A DNA stretch of 64,000 nucleotides from a virus. The stretch spans positions 11,584 through 75,583 of IMG/VR virus record IMGVR_UViG_3300042154_000876. The stretch is one strand, 5' to 3'. The notes under the pieces are model-generated. The model was not told where the DNA came from, searched no databases, and saw only the letters and a list, made by a program, of their open reading frames with translations. Shown here one piece after another: positions 49,199-59,052 of this stretch (its first letter is position 1; each line of letters starts with the position of its first letter). Both the position numbers and the translations under genes were made by a program.

Positions 49199-51015
49199 TA
49201 GTACTTTGCTCCCCAGTTCTCTAGAGGTCCGTCAACATCAGCGGTAAGAGGCACTGACCAGCCATCGCGGGTGGTCATACACTCGCGTACGATCTGTTGG
49301 ATCTCGGCCGCATCTTCGCGAGGTGCGTTTAGTACGATTTCGTCGTGTACGGGCACAATAAGTAGTTCAGTTAGATCTGCCTTGTCTAGTTTGATTAGGT
49401 TTGACTTAAACACTTCTGCAGCACCTCCTTGGATTAGGTAGTTAACCAGAGTATACACTCGGTCTTCGTCACAAGGTAAGCGACGTCCAGTCCAAGTATT
49501 TACGTAGCCCTGACCTTCTGCGCGTAGTCGGCGCATACCCACGTCTTCGACCTGCTTCTGGAACAGGGTCATGCCTGGGAATCGTAGGTCGAATGCGTCT
49601 GACACTGCCTGCATCTGATCCTTGGCTACACCAGCAGTAACGGCTTGCTTTTCTACACCTGCTCCATAGAGACGACCGTAGACCACGCCCTTGATAAGTC
49701 CACGACGCTTGTCTGACTTCTGCATTGTTGGGTCTTGATAGATCTCGCGGCCGATCTCGGTGAACGGGTCAGAGCCAGTAGCGTCAGCTAAGTTAAATAG
49801 GCTGATTAGGTTTGGATCCTTAGATAGCGATGCGAACATACGGAACTCAACCTGGTCAAGGTCCGAGGTGATGATTACGTGGTCGTCATCTTTAGGCAAG
49901 AACGCGCGGCGCACTGTGTCGTCTCCCTTTGGAAGAGTCTGTAGGGCTGGGTTCTGGATGGACATGCGACCGGTGCGGGCACCCATTGTCTTTACAGATG
50001 GGTGTACAAAACCATTTACATTGTCATTAATGAAGTTCTTGAAATATGTGTTGGCTAGTTTGTCAGCTTTTCTCTGTTTGAGCACAACGTCAGCCAGCTG
50101 CTTGATTTCTGCGTTACCCTCTTGTAGGAAGATTTTTAGCTGGTCGGCAGAGGCAGACTTCTGCCCTGATGGGGTGAACTCTGTGATTTCAGCCCCGAGG
50201 CTCTCAAAGATCTTGACTAGCTGGATATTACTGGTTATGGACATGCCGTAATGCGACTTGCCCCACTCCTTTACCTGTTCAGTGTAGTTCACCAGCTCGT
50301 CGTACTTCTTCTGAGAGTAGTCTAGATCTAGCCTAGCGCCGTTGATCTCCATACGGGTAACAATCTTTCGGGTAGCCATCTCTAGCTCGTACGCCTGAGA
50401 ATAAGGCTGACCCGGACCGCACTTCTCCCAGAACTGCTCAAATAGACGCATAGTTAGGACAGTGTCGAGGGCACCATAGGCCCAGTAAGGTTCAAAGTTA
50501 ATAGGCACAGTTCCCCAGGTCCAGCCGTTTTTAGCTAGTTCCTGGTCTAGTACTGATTGGAGCTGGGCAGCCTGTGCATCAACATACCGTGCGGTGAGAC
50601 GTTTTAGCGCGCCTGACCCCAGTGGATCGATAAGCTGAGCCATAATCATGGTGTCGTGCGCCCGGTGCCAAGGCATGTCCCAGCGGGATTGCACATCAAA
50701 CCAGCGGGCCTCGAAGGCAATATTGTGACAGACAATCAATCCATCAAACTTGCTCATGGCTTCGTAGAAAACCCCGTTCCACTCGTCCCAGGGGATGGAC
50801 CAACCGGTCTGTCCGTCACCTACCTGAACTAAGCGTAGACGTCCATGCCAAGGAGATAGGGCGTCGCCGCGTGGGTGCCCTGGAAGTTCGCCTGTTTCAG
50901 TGTCGATTGCAATTGCGTTGTATGGTCGACGCTCGCCTAGCCAGCTAATAAACTCTTCAGCGGTTTTGACGCTATTAACTAGATTTAGTTTTACGTCAGA
51001 TAAGCCGGATGCCAT
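49198..51015 (-). CDS. polA: Family A DNA polymerase with 3'-5' exonuclease domain
   Basis: IDTET, YGALD, TGRMS..P.LQ, DLDQVEFR, KGVVYGRLYG, IQG.AAE, VHDEIV. Confidence 0.93.
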   Translation of the reverse strand: MASGLSDVKLNLVNSVKTAEEFISWLGERRPYNAIAIDTETGELPGHPRGDALSPWHGRLRLVQVGDGQTGWSIPWDEWNGVFYEAMSKFDGLIVCHNIAFEARWFDVQSRWDMPWHRAHDTMIMAQLIDPLGSGALKRLTARYVDAQAAQLQSVLDQELAKNGWTWGTVPINFEPYWAYGALDTVLTMRLFEQFWEKCGPGQPYSQAYELEMATRKIVTRMEINGARLDLDYSQKKYDELVNYTEQVKEWGKSHYGMSITSNIQLVKIFESLGAEITEFTPSGQKSASADQLKIFLQEGNAEIKQLADVVLKQRKADKLANTYFKNFINDNVNGFVHPSVKTMGARTGRMSIQNPALQTLPKGDDTVRRAFLPKDDDHVIITSDLDQVEFRMFASLSKDPNLISLFNLADATGSDPFTEIGREIYQDPTMQKSDKRRGLIKGVVYGRLYGAGVEKQAVTAGVAKDQMQAVSDAFDLRFPGMTLFQKQVEDVGMRRLRAEGQGYVNTWTGRRLPCDEDRVYTLVNYLIQGGAAEVFKSNLIKLDKADLTELLIVPVHDEIVLNAPREDAAEIQQIVRECMTTRDGWSVPLTADVDGPLENWGAKY

Positions 51016-51079
51016 ATCTAATCCTTTTGTCGTTTGTCTTTGTAATGGTAACACAACTAGTGTGCTAAAGCAATGCTAT

Positions 51080-51343
51080 TTAGAAGTTGTCTTCGTCGTC
51101 GTCAAAATCCATGTTCTCTACGAAATCTTTATTTTCTCGGCTATTTGTTATGTATGGAGACAGCATACCGCCAGCCACTGACATACCTACAATGTGTAGG
51201 GCTTGTTTTTCGGTGAAGCCGGCCCACAGAAGCGAGAGAAACATCTCGTGTAGGTCTGTTGCAGCCATCTCGAGGTTAGTTACTATTGGAAAATTAGCAG
51301 GAGGTATGTTATCTGGTAGAGGGGTTTCTTCATTCATAAGCAC
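51080..51343 (-). CDS. Hypothetical protein
   Basis: LHEMF.SL..AGFTEKQAL; operon context. Confidence 0.7.
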   Translation of the reverse strand: MLMNEETPLPDNIPPANFPIVTNLEMAATDLHEMFLSLLWAGFTEKQALHIVGMSVAGGMLSPYITNSRENKDFVENMDFDDDEDNF

Positions 51344-51355
51344 ACCTTATCATGG

Positions 51356-51826
51356 TTAGGGGATAACTTCAACTCTGTAGATTGAGTCTATTGACTTATC
51401 TTTGTCTGCAGCTGCTTCTAGTAGTCGCTGGGCGACATTGGTAAGGTAGCGTGCGCCACCGTCATCAAACTTGTATAGGGCATCCAAAACTGCTTCCGGT
51501 TCATCCGAGACCTGTGCCCAGTAGCGGTGCTTTTCTGGGAAGATCAGATCTGCTTCTTCGGTTGGGCCGCACTCCTCACAGGGGATGGCGTCGTTCCTTA
51601 GCGAGGAGTAGTGTGCTTCGCTAAGTCCGTATCGCTTCACAAGTGAGCATGCGGCTCCATGAAATACCGTAGAGACTCCAATCCTAGAAAGGATGTATGA
51701 GCCGCTCTCGGTTTTGTAAAGTTCAAACTCAATCCATCTGGTTGAGCCCCTGCGCCACGAAGTAGACTTGCCTAGAAGAGTGCCGTTGAACTGTAAAGTT
51801 CTGGCACCATCTTTAACTTCGTACAT
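51356..51826 (-). CDS. Hypothetical protein (possible H/C metal site)
   Basis: H..C and CEEC motifs; operon context. Confidence 0.75.
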   Translation of the reverse strand: MYEVKDGARTLQFNGTLLGKSTSWRRGSTRWIEFELYKTESGSYILSRIGVSTVFHGAACSLVKRYGLSEAHYSSLRNDAIPCEECGPTEEADLIFPEKHRYWAQVSDEPEAVLDALYKFDDGGARYLTNVAQRLLEAAADKDKSIDSIYRVEVIP

Positions 51827-51828
51827 GA

Positions 51829-51996
51829 CTACTTCTTTTCTTTTTTAGCTTCTTCAAGTTGCTTTTCTAGCTCAGCCACCTTATTGCGCTCCACCATGAG
51901 CAGTGCTTCAAGTTCCGCATTTAGTCCCATGGACTTGCTTAGTTGATCGCGGGTGACTGCTAGAACGTTGTTGAAAAGTTCAGTGTTGTCTGACAT
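51829..51996 (-). CDS. 55-aa coiled-coil protein absent from ORF track
   Basis: MSDNTELFNNVLAVTRDQLSKSMGLNAELEALLMVERNKVAELEKQLEEAKKEKK; AGGAA RBS; stop 2 nt before next ATG. Confidence 0.75.
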   Translation of the reverse strand: MSDNTELFNNVLAVTRDQLSKSMGLNAELEALLMVERNKVAELEKQLEEAKKEKK

Positions 51997-52143
51997 TGTG
52001 TATTCCTATTCGTAGTACGTATACAGTAATTTTACTACGAAAATCCATCCCCTATAATCTCCTATGTTTTAATTTTGTGGCTTGGTTTTATTGTAATTAT
52101 GGGCAGAAAAACTTGTAAAATAGAGGTATATCAGGAGCGTGAA

Positions 52144-52485
52144 TTGAAGGATTCTAGAGTAGGCGAGGGCCTATGGGTAGAATGGTCTGGAGAAGGGTTT
52201 GTCCCCTTCAGACCTTCTTCAATTATGTTCTACACTTTTGAGCATGTAGACGTTGAGATTGATGTTGTGAAACGCGCTCTAGCGTCTTCGCTGCAGAGAG
52301 ATGGTATAGCTATATCTCTTGGTGAGGGCTACCGGCTGGCAGATGCTGGGTTGATTACTCATGGTTTTGGTGGATATATTGACGGTGAGATCTTTCTCAC
52401 GGTCTGTAATGAGTTTGGAGAAACTGATTCTGGTGATGTTGTTGATGAAATACTAGAAATTACGTGGGTAGAGCTTAATGGTTGA
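52144..52485 (+). CDS. Hypothetical protein upstream of whiB
   Basis: TAAAAT at 52116 and AGGAG at 52133 favour TTG 52144 over 52075. Confidence 0.6.
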   Translation: MKDSRVGEGLWVEWSGEGFVPFRPSSIMFYTFEHVDVEIDVVKRALASSLQRDGIAISLGEGYRLADAGLITHGFGGYIDGEIFLTVCNEFGETDSGDVVDEILEITWVELNG

Positions 52486-53020
52486 ATGGGTTCCTAGCAA
52501 GGACATGGATTGGCAGTCTGATGCAGAGTGCGCTAAAAATAAAAATATGGAAAAGGTAGAATTTTTCTTTTCCGAAGATCCTAAGGAAAAAGCAGTTGCT
52601 CGGAGTATCTGCGCCCTCTGCCCCGTTCGTAAAGATTGCATCAAGTGGGCTCTAGAGAATAGCCAGATCTGGGGGATATGGGGAGGCAAAGACGAGCACG
52701 AGATTCGTCGTACTTTATCTGTAAATGCAGACGGAGCTGAGATTCGCAGGGACCGCTACCCTCAGTGTCTTTTTTGCGGTGCTACAGCTAAAAAGCTTGA
52801 GCCAGTGATTGCTGAGAACCCGGACGGTGGTCGTTGGACTACAGTTAGACTTGTCAGTTGTACTGACTGCGGATTTACTTGGAGAAGTCGCACTAGTGCT
52901 AATGCTGTAAATGCTTATAAATCTATGATTGCGGAAAAGAAACTTCGTAAAGAGTTAGAAGCTATTGCTGCAGCAGAGGCTGCTGAGCTAGAAGAAGACT
53001 TGGATGGTAGACTTTTTTAG
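52478..53020 (+). CDS. whiB: WhiB-family transcription factor with C-terminal zinc ribbon
   Basis: W...A.C, C..CPV...C, GIWGG; then CLFC..CTDC. Confidence 0.9.
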   Translation: MVEWVPSKDMDWQSDAECAKNKNMEKVEFFFSEDPKEKAVARSICALCPVRKDCIKWALENSQIWGIWGGKDEHEIRRTLSVNADGAEIRRDRYPQCLFCGATAKKLEPVIAENPDGGRWTTVRLVSCTDCGFTWRSRTSANAVNAYKSMIAEKKLRKELEAIAAAEAAELEEDLDGRLF

Positions 53021-53445
53021 TCTAGATCCTTCATACGTTTCTTAATGTCGGTACTACTTATGCCTTTTGTGTACGGCACGTAGATGAGTCCAATCCCGCG
53101 CTCGTCAAGCCAGTCTTGAGTAAACCCCATTTGCTTGTAGTAGTCTCTACGTGCCCAGTCGGACCCAATAATAATGTAGTCTGGCTTTACCATATCAATC
53201 GAAATAGTTGAGTCCTCCCCGCCAAAGTTTGGGATCACGCGGTCTACCCATTTACAGGCCATTAGAATCTCTTCGCGTTCGTTGTAGGTCAGAACTGGGT
53301 ATTTTCCCTTGTAGTTGTAGATAAACTCGTCTGTGTTTAGGGCTACCACAACCTTGCCAAAGTCTGCAGCTCGTTCTAAGAGTCGATAGTGCCCTGGGTG
53401 CGGGAGATCGAATGTGCCTCCTGTGTAAACAACTGGAGTATTCAT
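53017..53445 (-). CDS. TagD-like cytidylyltransferase
   Basis: GTFDLPHPGH, GSDW, GISST. Confidence 0.88.
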   Translation of the reverse strand: MNTPVVYTGGTFDLPHPGHYRLLERAADFGKVVVALNTDEFIYNYKGKYPVLTYNEREEILMACKWVDRVIPNFGGEDSTISIDMVKPDYIIIGSDWARRDYYKQMGFTQDWLDERGIGLIYVPYTKGISSTDIKKRMKDLD

Positions 53446-54269
53446 TAGTAATCTAGATCCTCGATGTTCTTCAAGTTGGCGTATATTTTTTCAATCGGGT
53501 ACTCTGTGCGGAAGTGGTAGTTGGCTTTGTCTTCGATTGCTTCGTATATTACTTTTAGTGGTGCAGAGTCTTTTCCTAGATATTCTAGATATTCTGCAAA
53601 TCTGTCTTTAATGTTTTTGCAGTCACTGGCTGCAGTTTCTAAGGCGTACGAGGTGCTGATTTCTGTTCTCATAAAAAAGTCCCATTTGCGGTATACCTTT
53701 TTATTGTTGTAGATTGCCCAGGCACCGCAAACCTTGTCTAGGCAGTGGCCGGTTACCATCTTTGAAAAGTCCATGTAGTCGTTCGCTAGAAGCCAGCGGT
53801 AGTATTCCAGAATATCTAATGCAGCTTCTCGATTCATCGCAACATAGATACCGTTAATGAATGACATTAACCCCATGTTCTCGTGGCTTTTGGACATTTG
53901 AATTAGCGAGAACATCCCCTCGCTGGCGTCATTTACCATACGTGGTGACATCACCCAGATGTCTTCGTCTGCTGTCATCTGGTCTTCTAGAAGTCTGACA
54001 AACTCGGCGTGCTGGTCACTGTAGGCATCTCCAGCATTGAAAATAAAGATGCCGTGATCGGTCTTAGCAAAATCTTCTAGTGAGTTGTAGAAGTGTCCGT
54101 AATACCAAACTTTCTCTGCCGGAACCCAGTTAGTTCGTTTTTGAGGAACTGGGTTTAGGTCCCAGATTAGGAACTCGATCCCGGCTTTAGTTAGCTGGTC
54201 ATCGATACGGATCCCATTCTTCAGGACCTGGTCCCAGATCGGGATATACATTTTGCTAGTTTTTTTCAT
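53445..54269 (-). CDS. Hypothetical protein, possibly GT-A-like glycosyltransferase
   Basis: Coupled to cytidylyltransferase; weak FNAGDA motif. Confidence 0.4.
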   Translation of the reverse strand: MKKTSKMYIPIWDQVLKNGIRIDDQLTKAGIEFLIWDLNPVPQKRTNWVPAEKVWYYGHFYNSLEDFAKTDHGIFIFNAGDAYSDQHAEFVRLLEDQMTADEDIWVMSPRMVNDASEGMFSLIQMSKSHENMGLMSFINGIYVAMNREAALDILEYYRWLLANDYMDFSKMVTGHCLDKVCGAWAIYNNKKVYRKWDFFMRTEISTSYALETAASDCKNIKDRFAEYLEYLGKDSAPLKVIYEAIEDKANYHFRTEYPIEKIYANLKNIEDLDY

Positions 54270-54270
54270 A

Positions 54271-55470
54271 CTATTTTACTGGCAGTACGCTAATAAACTC
54301 TCTTGGGTCGAAGTCTCTGCCTAGTACCATAGTCAGTAGACCCGGCTTAGACTCGAGACCTGCACGGTCACGGAACCACTCTGAGCCAGGATCCGTTGTA
54401 GGGCACTGACACCATAGACGGTCACCGATATCCATTGTGCGGAAGTTGTGGAAGTGTCCGGACACCCAGACGTCTGCGTTACCGAGTGCGGTCTGACCGG
54501 CAGCCTGGCCCGATAGATACTTCAGTACATTGTTCTGGTTCGCCTGGTGGCCGTGGAATAGCCCGAGGTGTGTGCCTTCAATGTCTACAACTAGAGTCTG
54601 GTGACCAGAGGCTGGGAACCTGAACTCTACGTGCTGTAGCGCAGGGTTCTCTGCGCAGGCGTCTTGCACTGCTGCAGCAATTTCGACGTTCCAGCCATCA
54701 GCGGGATCGGCAGCAACCTGACGTGTTACTTCGTCGTGGTTCCCGTTAATGACCGGAACAACCATACGCTCTGCTAGTGGAGCGAAAGCTTTAATCTGAG
54801 CCATAAGAAGTCGACGTGCAACACGGACCTGCTCAGTGAGGCCTAGGTCTGATGCGGCTAGACCTTGTAGACGTCCATTCTGTGACACGTTACCTTCAAC
54901 GTGGTCTCCTGGAAGTGCTAGGGTGATCGACCCTAGATTTAGACCCATCTTTTGGTAGTCTTTAAATTTTTGTACTGATGCGTCAGTCAGGGCTAGGATG
55001 CGGTCAATCGATTGCTGAGTGCCTTGTCCACCTGCCTTCTTACCGATCTGCTGATCAGCTGGGGCGGCTAGGAATGATCCAGTACCGTTGGCTACTTTAA
55101 TGCCACGCTCTGGACGCCACTTCTTGATTTCGTCAATTAGTTTCTCGGCGTCTAGTCGGTCCGCGTATGCGACTCGGTTTGGCACTACGTTTACTCGCAG
55201 CGACTCCAGGTACTCGCCGTCGTACTTCTGCCACTTACCGCGGCGGATTGAAGTGACATTCCAGTCGTCAGGGTTGAGGTCAAAGTCCTCAAGAATCTGA
55301 CGAGCGTCTTGAGGCTCGCCGGCTGGGCGAGGCTGAGAAACGATAAAACCTCCAGAGATGTCGTCGACGTCCATCTTTGAACGCCAGTTCTCTGGGGTAT
55401 TAAGTGCTTTGAAATCTGATCCAGATTTGCCTGGATTGGCTAAATCTTCTAGTTTATCTGATAAACCCAT
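54271..55470 (-). CDS. Calcineurin-like metallophosphoesterase
   Basis: DQQIGK, GDHVEG, GNHDE, HGH, GHFH. Confidence 0.85.
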   Translation of the reverse strand: MGLSDKLEDLANPGKSGSDFKALNTPENWRSKMDVDDISGGFIVSQPRPAGEPQDARQILEDFDLNPDDWNVTSIRRGKWQKYDGEYLESLRVNVVPNRVAYADRLDAEKLIDEIKKWRPERGIKVANGTGSFLAAPADQQIGKKAGGQGTQQSIDRILALTDASVQKFKDYQKMGLNLGSITLALPGDHVEGNVSQNGRLQGLAASDLGLTEQVRVARRLLMAQIKAFAPLAERMVVPVINGNHDEVTRQVAADPADGWNVEIAAAVQDACAENPALQHVEFRFPASGHQTLVVDIEGTHLGLFHGHQANQNNVLKYLSGQAAGQTALGNADVWVSGHFHNFRTMDIGDRLWCQCPTTDPGSEWFRDRAGLESKPGLLTMVLGRDFDPREFISVLPVK

Positions 55471-55736
55471 TACATAACCTTTCGGGCGCAGCTGCAGTCT
55501 CCGCGACGGTGGCGGTCTACTGCGCTATTTGAGATGTCGTGACCCTCTTCTCGGAGGACTTTTGCCAACATAGAGTTCGGTACTCGTTTAGGGTCACCCA
55601 TCGAGACCGCTAGAATTGCTGCTAGCTGTTCTTTATCTTTTGGATTAAGTATGTCGGTAGACAGCAATATGCCAACTTTACATAGCGATACTTTTGCCAT
55701 TTGAGTAGCTTTTTGAAGCTTGTCGGACAGTGACAT
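55470..55736 (-). CDS. Small HTH-like, Cys/His-containing protein
   Basis: CKVG..HRRGDCSC; GAAGGAG RBS. Confidence 0.65.
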   Translation of the reverse strand: MSLSDKLQKATQMAKVSLCKVGILLSTDILNPKDKEQLAAILAVSMGDPKRVPNSMLAKVLREEGHDISNSAVDRHRRGDCSCARKVM

Positions 55737-55807
55737 GTTGTAACTCCTTCATTCGTCATTTGTGTCTTTAAATCATCTTAGCGTATAAAACGCCATTTTG
55801 CTAAGAA

Positions 55808-56140
55808 TTAACTAGCTTTTTTTGCTCTAGTTTTTCTAGCTGGTTGTATTGTACTAGTTTGAGCTGGGATTAAGAAGTTTTTTATGATTTCTAATTCAGT
55901 GCTTGTTTTGATTGCATGCTCTTCAATTGTATTGACTCTGTCGGCTAGAGAGCTACCGCCGTTTTCCCAGAGTTGGTGCTCTACCCGGTCTAGTCGTTCA
56001 GAAATGGTTCTACCTTTTGCATCCAATCCAATAGATTTGCTAATAGTCTGTGCTATTCTGTAGATTGCAACAATGCCACCGACGATAACGCCGATGGCGG
56101 TGACTACAGCTGATACTGTAAAGATGAGCTCAAGTGGCAT
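55808..56140 (-). CDS. Single-pass membrane protein (DUF2746-like)
   Basis: N-terminal TM helix; NGGSSLADRV. Confidence 0.65.
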   Translation of the reverse strand: MPLELIFTVSAVVTAIGVIVGGIVAIYRIAQTISKSIGLDAKGRTISERLDRVEHQLWENGGSSLADRVNTIEEHAIKTSTELEIIKNFLIPAQTSTIQPARKTRAKKAS

Positions 56141-56316
56141 GATAGGGAATCCAATGGGGTTTTCACGGGCTATGTATAATTGTACAACAGCCTGTACTTA
56201 GTGATTAGCCCTAGGCGTGCTACACTTCAAGACACTCAGATGCTGTATTCAATTTTGATTTTTAGCGCCTAGGGTGTATTATCGTCTTTGATAACACTAC
56301 AGAAAGGTTTATACGT

Positions 56317-58941
56317 ATGTCATCTCCCAAAACGACGCACGCTGAACGACTAGCAAAAGGGTCTGTTTGGTACGCCAAGCAGGGATGGAAGATTCTCCCT
56401 TGCTTCGGTATTACAGATGGAGGTCGCTGTACCTGTAATGGTCAGCACGCTGAGCCAAAGGACATTGGTAAGCACCCCCAGATTGGCGATTGGAATAACC
56501 GCGCTACGGATGAGATAGAAATCGTAGAGTCTTGGTGGGATCGCAATCCTGAAAACAACATTGGTGTTTACTGCCAGGGTTCTGGATTTATCGTTGTCGA
56601 CATTGACCCGCGCTCTGGCGGTATCGAGTCGTTTGAGAAGTTTGAAGAGCTACTTGGGATAACTCTTCCAAAGACTGTAGAAGCGCTGACTGGTTTGTAT
56701 AGCTATCAGGGTTCTCAAAACCGTGGACGTCACCTGTACTTCAGGGTCGAAGACGGCGACCAGTTTATGGGAAACCTAAAGTCTTATGGTTTGAACGGTA
56801 TCGACATTAAGTACAACGGCTACGTTATGGTGTCGCCGTCTCGTCACGGGTCTGGTGTTACATATGACTGGGCACCTGGACAATCTCCATGGGAAATGCG
56901 TATGGCTGAGGCCCCCGAAGAACTTTTAAATGCAATCCGTAAGCGTAGCAGCCGTGGCCGTGGTGGGACAAGCCTTGGTCAAGGTGACTGGAGCTGGCTC
57001 GGGGATCTGAACTCTGGCGACGAGCGCGTTGATATTAACAAGTTTCTTGAAGAAGGTATTGAAGAAGGCTCTCGTGCTGTAGACATCTACAAGCTAGCAT
57101 GTGCAATTGCGAACAAGATGGGCGTGGACTCTGAGGCTGGAAAGCTTGCAGTAGAGACTCTTATGATTCGCTTCAACCACGAGAAGGTTCGTCCACCGCT
57201 AGAGCTTGAGGGCCAGGGTGGCCTACTGATGCACGTTCGACGTGCTATTGATTTTGTTGCTAATAACCCAGTTGGCGATTTGATTTGGCCGGGTGCTCAG
57301 GATTGGGCTAAGCGTAACCAAGAGGAGACCAGATCTACCCCATCTAATCCAGCCCCTAAGGTTAAAGATTCCGAAGGCAACGAACGCCACTCCGAAGTTG
57401 TGTACGGCACTATTGGCGCGGCTATGGCCGACGCCGCCCACAGCGGTGTTTCAATTGCCGATGCGTTCAGCAGTGGTAACGTTGACGTTCCCAAGGACCC
57501 AGACGCTATCTCTGAGCATGAGGGTGGCTCGCCTGGTAGGCGTTCGCTCTCTGATATCGGTAACGGTCGTCGAATCGTAGACTCGTTTGGGTCCTCAATT
57601 CGATACACTCCAGGTATCGGTTGGTTTATCTGGGACGGCAGCTACTGGCGTCCAGATGCCGAGGACCTCGGTATGCGTGAGGTTGCTAAGCGTGTTCCAA
57701 CTATTATTGCCACTGAGGTTGCCAAATACGACGACCAAGATAAAAAGAATGAAGTCTTGAAGTGGGCTAATCAGGCTAAGTCAAACTCACGCCTGAACTC
57801 TGCAATCGAAAGCGCAAACTCCGACCCTCGTGTTGTGGTCCCTGTAGAAGAATGGGACGGCGACGAGTATCTTCTTGGTGTGGCCAATGGTGTTATTAAC
57901 CTACGCACCGGTGAGCTTTTGCGTGGACGTCCAGACTTGCATATCACGAAGCGCACCCCTGTTGCCTATACCCCTGGAATGCGTAATGTCCGCTGGGAGC
58001 AGTTCCTAGACTTTGCTACCGGTGCTGACAAAGAGCTTCAGGATTGGATTCAGCGCGCTGTTGGCTACACACTCACCGGTCTAAATAATCAGGACCTTAT
58101 GTTCTTGGTCTACGGTCCTCCGGGCTCTGGTAAGAACACATTTGTTGAAGCAATCGTTAAGGCTCTCGGAACTCAGCAGTATTCGTGGCCGCTGGATTCA
58201 AGCATCCTTGCTGACAATGGTGGAGCTACCAGCAGCACCGACCTATATCACTGGGCCGAACTTCGTGGTAAGCGTATGGTTTGGGTTGACGAGTTGCCAG
58301 AGTCTGAGCGCATCAAGGAAAACTCTATTAAGAAGTTGACTGGTTCATCTGAAATCTCGGCGCGTTCGCCTGGCGAGAAGCCGTTTACATTCAAGGCCCA
58401 GGCTAAGCTGTGGGTTACCACTAACCACCGCCCTATGATCACTGATGATGCTATGTGGCGTCGTATTCGTCCGATTCCATGGAGCAAGGTTCCTGAATCT
58501 TCCGATCCAGACCTGAAGGCATACTTGTTTGACCCTGAAGGTGGTCTGCCAGCCGTGCTTGCTTGGGCCGTTGAGGGCGCGATCAAGTATCTAGGTTCTT
58601 CTGCCCGTGATCCTCTAGGTTGGTGTACTGCCGTAGCTGAAGCTGCTGACATGTACCGCAAGAACGAAGACCGTCTTGGTATGTTCTTGAACGAAGAAAT
58701 GAAGCAGGTTGAGGGTGCGACTACTCGAGTTAAAGAAGTCTATGCGGTGTATCGAGTTTGGTCTGATGAACGTGGTGAGCGTCCTATGACTCAGATTGCA
58801 TTCCACCGTAAGCTATCTGACCGAGGTCTAACCATTATGGGTCAGGGCTCTCGCGCTGAGCTGAAAGAGTATGTGATGGCTCCTCGTGCTGTTGAGTCGA
58901 ATGGTATCGACTGGAACTTGGCTAGCAGACTCGCTAACTAA
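56317..58941 (+). CDS. Prim-Pol (AEP) fused to D5/P4-type SF3 helicase
   Basis: GKHP, NIG..VVDID, GRHLYF; D.GN.RR, NGVINLRTG, GPPGSGKNT, TNHRP..DDAMWRR. Confidence 0.92.
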   Translation: MSSPKTTHAERLAKGSVWYAKQGWKILPCFGITDGGRCTCNGQHAEPKDIGKHPQIGDWNNRATDEIEIVESWWDRNPENNIGVYCQGSGFIVVDIDPRSGGIESFEKFEELLGITLPKTVEALTGLYSYQGSQNRGRHLYFRVEDGDQFMGNLKSYGLNGIDIKYNGYVMVSPSRHGSGVTYDWAPGQSPWEMRMAEAPEELLNAIRKRSSRGRGGTSLGQGDWSWLGDLNSGDERVDINKFLEEGIEEGSRAVDIYKLACAIANKMGVDSEAGKLAVETLMIRFNHEKVRPPLELEGQGGLLMHVRRAIDFVANNPVGDLIWPGAQDWAKRNQEETRSTPSNPAPKVKDSEGNERHSEVVYGTIGAAMADAAHSGVSIADAFSSGNVDVPKDPDAISEHEGGSPGRRSLSDIGNGRRIVDSFGSSIRYTPGIGWFIWDGSYWRPDAEDLGMREVAKRVPTIIATEVAKYDDQDKKNEVLKWANQAKSNSRLNSAIESANSDPRVVVPVEEWDGDEYLLGVANGVINLRTGELLRGRPDLHITKRTPVAYTPGMRNVRWEQFLDFATGADKELQDWIQRAVGYTLTGLNNQDLMFLVYGPPGSGKNTFVEAIVKALGTQQYSWPLDSSILADNGGATSSTDLYHWAELRGKRMVWVDELPESERIKENSIKKLTGSSEISARSPGEKPFTFKAQAKLWVTTNHRPMITDDAMWRRIRPIPWSKVPESSDPDLKAYLFDPEGGLPAVLAWAVEGAIKYLGSSARDPLGWCTAVAEAADMYRKNEDRLGMFLNEEMKQVEGATTRVKEVYAVYRVWSDERGERPMTQIAFHRKLSDRGLTIMGQGSRAELKEYVMAPRAVESNGIDWNLASRLAN

Positions 58942-58987
58942 AAAAGTAAATATTTAACACTTTCTATCGATTGTGCGATAGAATGTG

Positions 58988-59052
58988 ATTGTGCTCCTTG
59001 GGAGAGAGGCACAATGGGGCCGGGTAGTCTCCCTTCCCGGCCCCTTCTTTTT
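58988..59052 (+). ncRNA. Candidate small two-hairpin RNA with complementary loops ending in an intrinsic terminator
   Basis: TAGAAT -10 at 58979; stems 58988-94/59009-15 and 59016-24/59036-44; loops GGGAGA and TCTCCC; TTCTTTTT tail. Confidence 0.55.
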
